A stretch of DNA of 54,107 nucleotides from an uncultured Bacteroidota bacterium (GTDB lineage: Bacteria > Bacteroidota > Rhodothermia > Rhodothermales > UBA10348). Numbering within the stretch: position 1 is the first letter of the stretch; each line of letters opens with the position of its first letter. Below are positions 28,810 through 38,749 of this stretch, piece by piece. Position numbers and translations under genes: made by a program. The stretch covers positions 1-54,107 of the forward strand of contig CALEEY010000044.1 in NCBI GenBank assembly GCA_937877085.1, given 5' to 3'. The notes under the pieces were generated by a model that worked only from the letters and a program-made list of their open reading frames with translations, ran no database searches and was not told the origin of the DNA.

Positions 28810-28968
28810 ATGCGTCCACTTTTACAACGGATTCCCCTCTTGCGCCTCGTAATCCTTCTGGTGATGCTTTTTTACGCAGATATTGCCACAGCTCAGCAGA
28901 CGTATGTGGAGGGCATCTTTTCTGCGTTCAGCCTCTCGGTTACCAGCTTACCGTTGCTTAAAGAGTAA
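28810..28968 (+). pseudogene. Signal-peptide-only ORF or truncated secreted-protein gene
   Basis: MRPLLQRIPLLRLVILLVMLFYADIATA-QQ.. is a well-formed Sec signal followed by only about 24 aa that run into the convergent gene. Confidence 0.45.
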
Positions 28969-30169
28969 AAACAGATTCCCGCCAAACGAAAAAGAGTCCT
29001 AATAGGCTTAAAAAGGCATAAATAACTGTTGATACCGTCAGGTACGGGGCGGAAAAGAAGACCAAGGCGGCCAACGGTACGGCTACGAGGCGAACTATTT
29101 CTAAAAACACGACCCAGTTTCGCTTGGATTCAAAAAAGAAGCTAAAGAGGATCATGGTCGAGACAATCCAAATCGCCAAAAAAGCCTTGATCGGTGGTTG
29201 AAGCTGTGCGAATTGAAAAAGGAAGTAGGCGATGGGGCCTAGAGAAAGCAGAAACTGCGCCAGCAAATACCGATGGGCCTTAGAACGGACATTCTCGTTA
29301 TATTTTTGATGTACGTCCCCAGCATAGGGTTGAGCCGTATACCCCACCATATACTCCGGTTGCCACCCTGGCTTATAAAAAAGCATCTTCAGCTTATCCG
29401 AAAAAGATCGAGCTTTGGGCACCGATCGGGCCAAATCCAAGTAGTGAGACACATTGGCGTACAACGGATTCCAGCTATTTAGAGGTTTGGTTATGCCATA
29501 ATCGGGTCGTTCCTCTTCGCCCGTAAACGTCCCAAATAGGCGATCCCAGACAATGAAGACACCTGCATAGTTTTTGTCTATGTACTTGGGATTTCTGCCA
29601 TGGTGCACGCGGTGGTGAGACGGCGTATTCATGATCCACTCCAATGGCCCTAGGCGATCAATGTGCTCCGTGTGAATCCAAAACTGGTACAACAGATTCA
29701 GGCCTCCCACAAAAACCAATTGGACTGGACTGAATCCCAACAAGGCCAGGGGTAAATAGAATGGAAAGGACCAAATGAACGACGTGGCACTTTGTCTCAA
29801 AGCAACCGAAAGATTGAACTCCTCACTTTGATGGTGAACGACGTGCCCTCCCCAGAAGAGGCTGACCTCATGTGCAAACCGATGACTCCAGTAATAACAG
29901 AAATCGTAGGCTACAAAAAGAACGACAAAGCTGAGCCATCCATCGGGAATCGTGAAGACCGCAAAGAACTCGAAAACAACCGTGTAGATGCCAATGGTAA
30001 CTAGTTTTCCAAATACACCGGTCACTTGATCCAAAGCACCGAGATTGATATTGGTAATGGCATCGTTTAAGCGGTACGTCCGACGGTTGGTGAATCCCTC
30101 AAACACCAGTTCAAAGGCCATCAACAGAAAATAAATCGGAATGGCAAGGATTACGGGATTTAGATTCAT
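28958..30169 (-). CDS. Sterol desaturase / fatty acid hydroxylase family (alkylglycerol monooxygenase-like)
   Basis: His boxes HRFAH, HVVHH, WIHTE and HHRVHH; DKNYAG..IVWDRLFGTF; extra C-terminal TM domain. Confidence 0.88.
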   Translation of the reverse strand: MNLNPVILAIPIYFLLMAFELVFEGFTNRRTYRLNDAITNINLGALDQVTGVFGKLVTIGIYTVVFEFFAVFTIPDGWLSFVVLFVAYDFCYYWSHRFAHEVSLFWGGHVVHHQSEEFNLSVALRQSATSFIWSFPFYLPLALLGFSPVQLVFVGGLNLLYQFWIHTEHIDRLGPLEWIMNTPSHHRVHHGRNPKYIDKNYAGVFIVWDRLFGTFTGEEERPDYGITKPLNSWNPLYANVSHYLDLARSVPKARSFSDKLKMLFYKPGWQPEYMVGYTAQPYAGDVHQKYNENVRSKAHRYLLAQFLLSLGPIAYFLFQFAQLQPPIKAFLAIWIVSTMILFSFFFESKRNWVVFLEIVRLVAVPLAALVFFSAPYLTVSTVIYAFLSLLGLFFVWRESVFTL

Positions 30170-30258
30170 TCAATCAATATGCGTAATTGGGTAGGCCTTC
30201 TTGGTGTAGTTTAATGCTCAGTACGACACCGGACAAACTCATATAGTAAGACCTTGGA

Positions 30259-31761
30259 ATGACGCAGCAGAATCGACTTTCGGAGCGGTTAGTCACCCTG
30301 AAGAACAAAAGCTTGCCCCTTGACCCGGATGCTGCCATACGGGCAGAAATCGGTCATCTGGTTGATTCATACGTTGAGGAATATTTATCGGACGTGGACA
30401 CCGCACCGGCCTTTATAGGGGAAGACGAAGCGTCGAATGTGTTGGAATCTTCCTCCAGTGGCGTCCCGATACAAACGTTACCGGGATTTGTTGAGGATGG
30501 AATGGGTCTTGCAGCTACCCTCAGCCTGTTGAAAACCGAGGTAGACAGACCAGGCATTGCCACTACCTCTCCCCGCTTCTTCGGATATATCCCGGGCGGC
30601 GGTCTGTACTATTCGGCCGTGGCCGATCTGCTAGCATCCGTCACCAATAAGTATGCGGGCGTTTATTTTGCCAGTCCCGGTGCGGTCCGAGTCGAGGATC
30701 AGTGCCTCGACTTCCTAGCGGAATTGGTGGGTTACGGAGCAGGTTATGGAGGATATTTATCTTCCGGGGGAAGCCTGGCCAATTTTACCGCCGTGGTTGC
30801 GGCCCGTGACTTTTACCGTGTTGAAGGTCCAAAAATCGCCCAATCGGTCATCTATTTGACGGACCACGCCCATCATTGTATCGATAAAGCCGTTCATCTC
30901 GCCGGGCTGTCGACCTGCATTGTTCGCCGAATTCCGGTAGACAATCGATATCGCATGCGCACAGATCTTCTCGAAAATCAGCTTGAAGAGGATAAAAACG
31001 CGGGATTGATTCCCTTTTTTGTGGTCGCAACCGCCGGTACCACCAATACGGGATCGGTGGATCCCCTCGAAGCCATTGGCCAGTTAGCGGCAAGGTACGG
31101 TGCGTGGTATCACATTGATGGCGCCTACGGCGCCCTTTTTGCTCTGTGCGATGAAGGAAAGGAAATGCTAAAGGGCATGGAATGGTCCGACTCGATTGTC
31201 ATGGATCCTCACAAAACCCTGTTTTTACCCTATGGCATTGGCGCTTTGTTGGTAAAAGACAAAAATAGGTTATTGGCTTCGCACGCCGTTGGCGCCGATT
31301 ACATGCAGGACGTGATTCACGTAGAGGCCACGTCTCCAGCCACCGTGTCGCCCGAGTTGACCAAACACTTCCGGGGGCTACGGATGTGGCTCCCCCTTCA
31401 AGTGGTTGGTGTGGCTCCGTTTAGAAGTGCACTCGCTGAAAAAATGCTCTTGGCTCGCCATTTTCACTCCAAACTATCTCGTGTGGAAGGATTTGAGGTC
31501 GGACCGGAGCCCGATTTGAGCGTGGTGACGTACAGATTCATACCAAAATTTGAAGATCCCGACCTGTTTAATGAGCGATTGGTACAGGCAATCCACAAAG
31601 ATGGGCGTATTTTTGTATCCTCTACGCGGCTTAACGGGGTATTTATGCTGCGCTTGGCCGTGGTCTGTTTTAGATCGCACCAAACGGACGTCGATACCGC
31701 CCTTCAGGTCTTGGATGAATTGGCCCACGCGCTTGATAATGCATCCTTTTCCACAGAGTAA
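30259..31761 (+). CDS. Group II PLP-dependent amino-acid decarboxylase
   Basis: SGGSLAN, ATAGTTNTGSVD, HIDGAYG and DPHK (PLP lysine). Confidence 0.9.
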   Translation: MTQQNRLSERLVTLKNKSLPLDPDAAIRAEIGHLVDSYVEEYLSDVDTAPAFIGEDEASNVLESSSSGVPIQTLPGFVEDGMGLAATLSLLKTEVDRPGIATTSPRFFGYIPGGGLYYSAVADLLASVTNKYAGVYFASPGAVRVEDQCLDFLAELVGYGAGYGGYLSSGGSLANFTAVVAARDFYRVEGPKIAQSVIYLTDHAHHCIDKAVHLAGLSTCIVRRIPVDNRYRMRTDLLENQLEEDKNAGLIPFFVVATAGTTNTGSVDPLEAIGQLAARYGAWYHIDGAYGALFALCDEGKEMLKGMEWSDSIVMDPHKTLFLPYGIGALLVKDKNRLLASHAVGADYMQDVIHVEATSPATVSPELTKHFRGLRMWLPLQVVGVAPFRSALAEKMLLARHFHSKLSRVEGFEVGPEPDLSVVTYRFIPKFEDPDLFNERLVQAIHKDGRIFVSSTRLNGVFMLRLAVVCFRSHQTDVDTALQVLDELAHALDNASFSTE

Positions 31762-31794
31762 CCAGCCAGAGCCATCACCAGCCATCAAAAAGCC

Positions 31795-32604
31795 ATGAGC
31801 GACCCAAGACCGCCAAGTCCATTTCTTCAATTCGCTCTTCAATTGGCAGGTGCCGCAGCCGCCGAGATTATGCCGCGCTTTCAAAACGTGGTTGTGAACA
31901 CGAAAGTGGATGGCACCCCCGTCACGGAAGCCGATTTGGAAGCCGAGCGCATCATGCGCGAACTTATCCAAGCCAAGTATCCAGAACATGGCATTATGGG
32001 TGAAGAGCACCCGGAGCAAAGCAGTCAGGGTGAATATACCTGGGTTTTAGACCCCATCGACGGTACCGCGTCGTTCGCCTTGGGGATACCGACTTTTGGA
32101 ACCCTAGTCGCTCTACTCAAAAATGGGCATCCTATACTCGGCGTTATCAACCTGCCCGGCCTAAAAGAGACCGTGTATGCTGAACTGGGGTATGGGTGCT
32201 GGTACCTTAATAAGATGGGCGAACTAACCCGCCAGCACGTTTCAGCCACCACATCGTTGACCTCGGCTTACGTCTCCGCTACGGGCGTTTACAATACCGA
32301 TATCGATCCTAAAGGCGATTTGAAACGTTTCAAATTGGGAGAAGTCATTCGCCAGTCCGGTCGTTTTCGCTTTGTTGGGGACTGTTTGCAGCATGCCTTG
32401 GTTGCTAGAGGGCTTCTAGACGCAGCCCTTGATCCTGCCATGCATCCTTGGGATAATGCGGCCGTCATTCCGTGCATATTGGAAGCCGGCGGCACCGTTT
32501 CACATGGAGACGGATCGACCGAAAACTTGGTGATGGCAACGAGTTTGCTTAGTTCATCCACGCCTGACTTGCACGCTGAAATTATTTCCGTACTCAACGC
32601 CTGA
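31795..32604 (+). CDS. Inositol monophosphatase family (histidinol-phosphatase HisN-like)
   Basis: PVTEAD, GEE, WVLDPIDGT, PWD..A, EAGG. Confidence 0.85.
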   Translation: MSDPRPPSPFLQFALQLAGAAAAEIMPRFQNVVVNTKVDGTPVTEADLEAERIMRELIQAKYPEHGIMGEEHPEQSSQGEYTWVLDPIDGTASFALGIPTFGTLVALLKNGHPILGVINLPGLKETVYAELGYGCWYLNKMGELTRQHVSATTSLTSAYVSATGVYNTDIDPKGDLKRFKLGEVIRQSGRFRFVGDCLQHALVARGLLDAALDPAMHPWDNAAVIPCILEAGGTVSHGDGSTENLVMATSLLSSSTPDLHAEIISVLNA

Positions 32605-32609
32605 TTCCT

Positions 32610-32876
32610 ATGAAATGGTACGATATCCTTGGGAATCTGGGCGTTCTGCTTATTATTCTGGCTTTTGCTGCCGTGCAGACAGGCAAACTCTTGCCCACTC
32701 GATTATCCTATTCACTAATGAATCTGATCGGAGCGGCGCTTATTCTAGTTTCCCTAGCCTACAATTTTAACTTGGCCTCCGCCGTAATGGAAGTCTTCTG
32801 GATTTTGATCAGCGCCGTTGGAATTGTGCAATGGATCCGGGCTCGAAAAGACTCGAAAACCAAGACTTCGATGTGA
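32610..32876 (+). CDS. Small membrane protein (CBU_0592-like)
   Basis: Three TM segments; YSLMNLIGA..ILVSL..FNLAS..EVFW. Confidence 0.75.
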   Translation: MKWYDILGNLGVLLIILAFAAVQTGKLLPTRLSYSLMNLIGAALILVSLAYNFNLASAVMEVFWILISAVGIVQWIRARKDSKTKTSM

Positions 32877-33337
32877 CGCCGTTAACCAACCTGCCTAATT
32901 CAATGCCTGGATATTCCTGGAATATTAAGATAGCCGCTGAGGTAATAGACGCTTACGGACACGTGAATAACGTAGCCTATGTCCAGTGGATGCAGGACAT
33001 AGCCATTCAGCACACGCAAAGCGTTGGCGGCGATCGGGTTGCCAATCAAGCCGGCATTATGTGGGTTGTTAAATCCCACGAAGTTGAGTATTTAAGGCAG
33101 GCTTTTGAAGGGGAAACGCTGCAATTGGAGACATTCATTGAAGACACGCAGCGGGCTACATCGGTAAGGAGAACTGTTTTTACCAGGATGGAGGACCAGA
33201 AGGTGGTGGCGCGCGGCCGGACCCACTGGGTCTGTCTCGATAAAGCTACCGGCCGGCCGCGCGCCATTCCTGACGAAGTAATGAACGCGTACGACCAACC
33301 CACTAACGGCAATCAAACGACAAAAAATCATGAGTAA
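32873..33337 (+). CDS. Acyl-CoA thioesterase (4HBT/YbgC hot-dog fold)
   Basis: IDAYGHVNNVAY motif; GTG start overlapping the previous stop (alternative ATG at 32903). Confidence 0.88.
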   Translation: MTPLTNLPNSMPGYSWNIKIAAEVIDAYGHVNNVAYVQWMQDIAIQHTQSVGGDRVANQAGIMWVVKSHEVEYLRQAFEGETLQLETFIEDTQRATSVRRTVFTRMEDQKVVARGRTHWVCLDKATGRPRAIPDEVMNAYDQPTNGNQTTKNHE

Positions 33338-34793
33338 GACCGCCGAAGCAGTCCCAACTGGAGGTTTGAGGCGGCCTGTCACCTTTTTGCATTGCATTTT
33401 GCCGATTGCCTTTTTGACGGTAATCATCCTGTACGGGCTCATTGCGCGACCTCTGTTTCTAGGTCAAGAAGCGCTCACGCTGGAAGTTGTTTTTATTCTG
33501 GCTTCCTTTTTCTCGGTATCTGAACTCATTTTTTTGGGGTTTTCCTGGACGCAAATTCAGGATTCCGTGGTTCGAAAAATCGCCTCTGCCCTCCCCGCGT
33601 TTTTTATCCTGTTCGCCATTGGAGTCCTTATTTCGAGTTGGATGATAAGCGGCACCATTCCCATGTTGGTCTACTTTGGATTGGAATTGGTCAGCCCGCG
33701 GTATTTGTATGTTCTGTCCTTTTTAATACCGGTGGTCTTTTCTTCGCTCACGGGCACTAGTTGGGGATCGGCTGGGACCATCGGGGTCGTTCTAATCGGC
33801 ATTGCAGCTGCGTTAGGGGCGAATTTAGGAATTACCGCCGGGGCCATCATTGGAGGGGCCTACTTCGGGGACAAGATGTCTCCTCTTTCTGACACCACCA
33901 ATCTCGCCGCCCTAGCAGCCGAAGTGGATTTATTTGATCACATAAGGTCCATGATGGTAACAACCATTCCATCGGCCATTTTGGCAACCATCGGATATGT
34001 AATCTTGGGCTTTACGCACCCCCCTACGGTCCAAGCTGCTGAATTGGGATCCCTCCATCCGTTCTTGGACTCATTAAAGGTGATGTTCACCTTCAGTCCC
34101 TTATTGCTGATTCCTCCTGCAATCGTGTTGGTTGGCTCGTTAAAAAAAATGCCAACGATTCCGACCCTTTTGACATCGATCCTATCGGCTTGCGTGCTGG
34201 CCCTCGCGTTTCAGCCATACACCATTGCAGACGTGTCCAATAGCCTTTCGACCGGCTTTAATGCCTCCATGGCCCATTGGGCGACCAACCTCCCAGCTCA
34301 GACAGTTGAATTGGTTAATCGAGGGGGCCTTTACTCCATGAGTCAGGCCATTTTTGTAGCCTTTTTAGTGTTCTTTTTTATTGGTTCGATCGACACCATT
34401 AACGCCATGCCTACCGTCGTTTCGCGCGTTTTTGCATTCGCAAAAACGCGCGCAGCTACCATCGTGGCCGCCCTGGGAGCGAGCGCTCTAACCAATTCCA
34501 TGACGTCCAATCAATACGCGACCAGTTTTATTGTCGGAGACGCATTCAAAAGCAGATTCGATGACCTAAAAATACCTAGAAAGGTCCTTTCTAGGTCCCT
34601 GGAGGACTATGGTACCATGATCGAAAGCATGGTGCCGTGGACGTCAACAGCTGTCTTCATGGTAGCTACGTTGGGAGTGCCGTGGGCCGACTACTGGAAC
34701 TGGCAATTTTTAACGCTCATAAATTTAGTCATTGCTCCGACCATTGCTCTTCTGGGAATCGGATGTTTTTATGATGAGGTAGACAACGTATGA
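33330..34793 (+). CDS. nhaC: NhaC family antiporter / transporter
   Basis: GTSWGSAGTIG, GAYFGDKMSPLSDTT, LSRSLED.GT...VPW. Confidence 0.88.
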   Translation: MSKTAEAVPTGGLRRPVTFLHCILPIAFLTVIILYGLIARPLFLGQEALTLEVVFILASFFSVSELIFLGFSWTQIQDSVVRKIASALPAFFILFAIGVLISSWMISGTIPMLVYFGLELVSPRYLYVLSFLIPVVFSSLTGTSWGSAGTIGVVLIGIAAALGANLGITAGAIIGGAYFGDKMSPLSDTTNLAALAAEVDLFDHIRSMMVTTIPSAILATIGYVILGFTHPPTVQAAELGSLHPFLDSLKVMFTFSPLLLIPPAIVLVGSLKKMPTIPTLLTSILSACVLALAFQPYTIADVSNSLSTGFNASMAHWATNLPAQTVELVNRGGLYSMSQAIFVAFLVFFFIGSIDTINAMPTVVSRVFAFAKTRAATIVAALGASALTNSMTSNQYATSFIVGDAFKSRFDDLKIPRKVLSRSLEDYGTMIESMVPWTSTAVFMVATLGVPWADYWNWQFLTLINLVIAPTIALLGIGCFYDEVDNV

Positions 34794-35998
34794 GGCCGCC
34801 AAAAAAAGACGCATCCCCAGACACGCTCATGGCACATCTTGGCGAAGATCGTAGCCAATATGACGGAGCGGTTGTCCCTCCCCTTTTTCAAAACTCCCTA
34901 TTCACCTTTAAGGATTGGGACGACATAGATGCCGCGTTTGAGGATCGAACCAACCGGCCCATCTACACCCGATTGGTCAACCCGACTACTCGCATCGCTG
35001 AGAAAAAGATTGCTTCTTTAGCCGGAAATAACAGCCCCGATATCGAGGCGCGTTTAACGGCATCGGGAATGGCAGCTGTTTCAGCTGCGGTTTTCCACGC
35101 CGTGTCCGCCGGAGATCATGTAGTAGCCGTCAAAAACGTGTACGGGCCTACAAACAACTTCCTCAATTCGTATCTGCGACGCAAAATCGGTCTCGACACC
35201 ACGTTTGTGCCCGGGACATCGTTAGAGCAATTCGAAGAGGCCATCACCCCAAAAACCAAGCTGATTGTACTCGAGAGTCCATCGTCGGCAGTTTTTTCTC
35301 TTCAAAATATTACTGAAGTGGCCCAATTGGCGCGTTCCAAAGGTATTCTGACCATGATCGACAATACGTGGGCCACGCCGTTGTATCAAAAACCCCTACA
35401 AATGGGAATCGATTTGGAAGTCCATTCGGCCTCCAAATATCTAGGTGGACATTCAGACGTTGTGGGAGGCGTAATTATTGGATCGAAAGAACGTATGCAA
35501 GCCATTGCAACGCAGGAAGGGGAATTATTTGGGGGCACCATCGCCCCGTGGACCTCTTGGCTCATAACCCGATCCCTTCGAACCCTTTCCATGAGGCTAG
35601 AACGGCATCAAAAAAATGCCATGGAAGTGGCTGCATTTCTCGAAAAGCACCCAAAAATTCGACAAGTTCGATACCCCGGCTTGAAGAGCCACCCGCAATA
35701 CGAACTCGGATGCCAACAAATGAGCGGCTTTACCGGTTTACTTGGATTTGAGCTCGACACCGACGATTTATTCCGGATTAAACGTTTTTTCAACGGATTG
35801 AACTACTTTCAGATAGGAGTTAGCTGGGGCGGACACGAAAGTTTGATCTACGCACCAGCCATCAGCTACCTGAAAGAATTACCGCCTGAGCGGTTCAAGG
35901 AACTGGGTATCTCCATGGGAGACATGCGAATTTCAGTGGGATTGGAAGACGCAGCGGACCTCATTGGGGACCTGTCGGACTCCTTGGACGCTATGTAA
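34790..35998 (+). CDS. Cys/Met metabolism PLP enzyme (cystathionine gamma-synthase/lyase family)
   Basis: YTRLVNPT, SGMAA, DNTWATP, HSASKYLGGHSD, RISVGLE. Confidence 0.9.
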   Translation: MRPPKKDASPDTLMAHLGEDRSQYDGAVVPPLFQNSLFTFKDWDDIDAAFEDRTNRPIYTRLVNPTTRIAEKKIASLAGNNSPDIEARLTASGMAAVSAAVFHAVSAGDHVVAVKNVYGPTNNFLNSYLRRKIGLDTTFVPGTSLEQFEEAITPKTKLIVLESPSSAVFSLQNITEVAQLARSKGILTMIDNTWATPLYQKPLQMGIDLEVHSASKYLGGHSDVVGGVIIGSKERMQAIATQEGELFGGTIAPWTSWLITRSLRTLSMRLERHQKNAMEVAAFLEKHPKIRQVRYPGLKSHPQYELGCQQMSGFTGLLGFELDTDDLFRIKRFFNGLNYFQIGVSWGGHESLIYAPAISYLKELPPERFKELGISMGDMRISVGLEDAADLIGDLSDSLDAM

Positions 35999-36014
35999 CA
36001 ATTGGGGCAACACC

Positions 36015-36399
36015 ATGTTTATCGCATTATTATCTGTGACTTTTCTGCTCGCCCTGCTCGTTTCTTGGCTCGTAGCACGCTTGTTTCAGTCGCGCCTTCA
36101 AGCCATTCTGGACCGCATCATTGACGACGGTATTTCAGCGGCTTGGACCAGGTACCTAACCTTTGCAATTTACGTTGTTGGGGTATCTTCAGGCGTCCGC
36201 GTGTGGGAATTTGAAAAATATATCACGCCTGCCGAACCAGGAGCCTTCGTGGCGCAGCTAGCCCCCTGAAGTCTGGACGCTTGAAATCTATCGAGCCATT
36301 ATTGGGACGCTGCAGGGCGTGGCATGGATGCTTTTGATCTTCTTTATTTGCGCTCTTTTGGCCTATGTAATTGTGCGCGGTAGAGAGCTTAAAAAATGA
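36015..36399 (+). CDS. Hypothetical membrane protein interrupted by a +1 frameshift at CCC-TGA
   Basis: Frame 0 ends LAP* at 36269; the +1 frame continues EVWTLEIYRAIIGTLQGVAWMLLIFFICALLAYVIVRGRELKK* to 36399. Confidence 0.7.
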
Positions 36400-36585
36400 A
36401 ATCGTCATTCAATTTTGACGCGTCCATCGCGATCGCTGAACTGGTGCCAAACTAATTGTTTTCGCCCACTCAACCTGAGGAGTACGGTTGGTTTATTGGC
36501 TACGACAACACCTTTGGTTGGCATCAAAAGTGGATAGTTACGGACAAATAGCGACCGTTTCAAAAATGTCGTTCGAATTATAGGA

Positions 36586-37704
36586 TTGCGTTTCTCTAGT
36601 AGAACACTATTGGTTCTACTTCTCGTGATTAACTGCCACGTCCATCTATTTACCATCCGATCCGTGCCGGAGCGATTCTTTGGCCCTCGGATGGTTATGA
36701 GGCTTCTTTCGAGTAAACGATGGGGCCCTTTGATTACACGATTTTTGAAATGGCTAACCCAAGTTACCGGAACGCGGCGCTTCGAACGCATGGCGGCGTT
36801 TGCCGGGGTAGGATCGAGAGAATCCCAGGAAGACATTTTTAATATTCTACAAGGATATTACCCCTCAGATACGGAATTCATCGTCCTACCAATGGATTTT
36901 TCCTATATGGGGGCTGGTCGCTCCAAGCAATCCTATCTGGACCAATTGGGAGAATTGAGACAATTAAAAAGGGACCCCCTTATTGGCCCTCGGATTCATC
37001 CTTTTGTAGCAGTAGATCCTCGACGCCCCGATTTTTTCGAAATGACGCAAGATTTAATTCAAAACCAAGGGTTTACTGGGATCAAGATCTATCCGGCTCT
37101 AGGCTTTTTCCCTTTCGATGACCGACTCACGAAACTCTGGGAATGGGCCGAATCCGAGCAAATTCCGGTCATGAGCCATTGCTCCCGCGGAGGAGTCTAT
37201 TTCCGGGGAAGTCCTCAAGAAATCTCGAGACCCTCCGGATCACACCGTGAGTTTTCGTTGGTGGAATCCAACGCCGAGTGGACGGACCAATTATCCGACC
37301 CCGTCTGTTTTCGCAGGGTCCTCCGGTCTTTTCCGAAGTTAAAAGTGTGTCTGGCGCACATGGGTGGAGAAGACGAATGTGACCAATGGCTATCTGAATC
37401 GTGGCCTTATCATTTACGTCAGTCGAATTGGCTATCCGTCATTTTAGGGCTGATGAAAGAATATCCAAACGTCTATACCGACCTGTCATACACCGGATAT
37501 CAGCCCAAACTGCACCCGCTCATGCATGTTTTAATACGGGACCCAGGAACGGGCGCACGCATCCTTTTTGGCTCCGATTTTTACATGGTCCACCAACATG
37601 CAACGGAGCGAGAATTCAGTATCCGGCTTCGTAGCCTGCTCTCTGAAGACGAGTTTCGACGGATTTCGCACGTAAATCCGCAACATTTCCTTTCTAAAGC
37701 GTAA
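36586..37704 (+). CDS. Amidohydrolase family (Amidohydro_2)
   Basis: INCHVH, GIKIYPALG, MSHCS, LAHMGG, ILFGSDF; start uncertain (GTG at 36625 possible). Confidence 0.85.
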   Translation: MRFSSRTLLVLLLVINCHVHLFTIRSVPERFFGPRMVMRLLSSKRWGPLITRFLKWLTQVTGTRRFERMAAFAGVGSRESQEDIFNILQGYYPSDTEFIVLPMDFSYMGAGRSKQSYLDQLGELRQLKRDPLIGPRIHPFVAVDPRRPDFFEMTQDLIQNQGFTGIKIYPALGFFPFDDRLTKLWEWAESEQIPVMSHCSRGGVYFRGSPQEISRPSGSHREFSLVESNAEWTDQLSDPVCFRRVLRSFPKLKVCLAHMGGEDECDQWLSESWPYHLRQSNWLSVILGLMKEYPNVYTDLSYTGYQPKLHPLMHVLIRDPGTGARILFGSDFYMVHQHATEREFSIRLRSLLSEDEFRRISHVNPQHFLSKA

Positions 37705-37780
37705 AGCGGTCGAATTCAACGTATTACCTCCTTACCTTGTCGTTGAATGGCATGTGTATATTTCAACTTATGGCTGGCAG

Positions 37781-38749
37781 ATGAGCTCAACATCTAGGAC
37801 TACTGACGAAATAAAGTCGCACGGAATCGTTGGCGAAGAAGGGTCCAATTCACTCGTGGGCGTGGGCGTGGGCGTGGGCGTTGGCGTTGGCGTTGGCGCG
37901 AAAGAAGAGATTAGCCCTAAAAATCACGGTTTGTCGCCGGATGAAGTTAATGAACTCTTTGACCAGGGAATTTACCCTTATAGGCAAAAAGTCAGCAGGC
38001 AAGCTTACGAGTACGAAAAACGGCTCCTTCAAATTGAACTGCTAAAAGTGCAGCGTTGGGTCAAAGAATCCGGGAGTCGCTTGGTAGTTATTTTTGAGGG
38101 TCGGGATGCTGCGGGAAAAGGGGGCACCATAAAACGCTTCATGGAGCATCTAAATCCTCGTGGTGCGCGCATTGTTGCCTTGGATAAGCCCACAGAGGAG
38201 GAACAGGGCCAGTGGTATTTCCAGCGCTATATCAAGCAGTTTCCGACGCACGGAGAGATCGTGTTCTTTGACCGGTCGTGGTACAATCGTGCGGGCGTTG
38301 AGCGGGTCATGAAATTTTGTACCGGAAAGCAATACAAAGAATTTCTTCGCCAAACACCCGAACTGGAACGCATGTTGATCCGATCGGGAACGGTCCTGTT
38401 CAAATATTGGTTTTCTGTAACCCGCGAAGCACAAAGCGAAAGGATGGAGTCCCGGTTGACTGACCCTCTAAAACAGTGGAAATTGAGCCCTATAGATACC
38501 GCTTCACGAGATAAGTGGGACGAGTACACGGAAGCAAAACTCAAAATGTTTTTTCATACAGATACCTTGGAGTCTCCTTGGACTATCATCAAATCCGACG
38601 ATAAAAAGCGGGCAAGATTGAATTGTATGATGCATTTTCTGCACTCTTTGGACTACCCAGGCAAAGATCTGACGGTCGTTCGAGCACCTGACCCTTTGAT
38701 TGTAGGTAGCCCATCTCAAGTGGTCGACAAGCACGATTTCGGCTGGTAG
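37781..38749 (+). CDS. ppk2: Polyphosphate kinase 2
   Basis: FEGRDAAGKGGTIKR, WYFQRY, FDRSWYNRAGVERVM, DPLKQWKLSP. Confidence 0.95.
   Translation: MSSTSRTTDEIKSHGIVGEEGSNSLVGVGVGVGVGVGVGAKEEISPKNHGLSPDEVNELFDQGIYPYRQKVSRQAYEYEKRLLQIELLKVQRWVKESGSRLVVIFEGRDAAGKGGTIKRFMEHLNPRGARIVALDKPTEEEQGQWYFQRYIKQFPTHGEIVFFDRSWYNRAGVERVMKFCTGKQYKEFLRQTPELERMLIRSGTVLFKYWFSVTREAQSERMESRLTDPLKQWKLSPIDTASRDKWDEYTEAKLKMFFHTDTLESPWTIIKSDDKKRARLNCMMHFLHSLDYPGKDLTVVRAPDPLIVGSPSQVVDKHDFGW
37856..37897 (+). repeat. Hexamer microsatellite (GTGGGC)4(GTTGGC)3 encoding (VG)7
   Basis: Read directly from the sequence. Confidence 0.95.

Noticed and set aside
36267-36269. TGA as selenocysteine or stop-codon readthrough
   Set aside because: The same frame hits another TGA five codons later; the protein-like continuation is in the +1 frame.
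36405-36836. 143-aa minus-strand ORF, including a possible 39-aa peptide in the gap
   Set aside because: Mostly antisense to the amidohydrolase gene, with no motif or RBS support.
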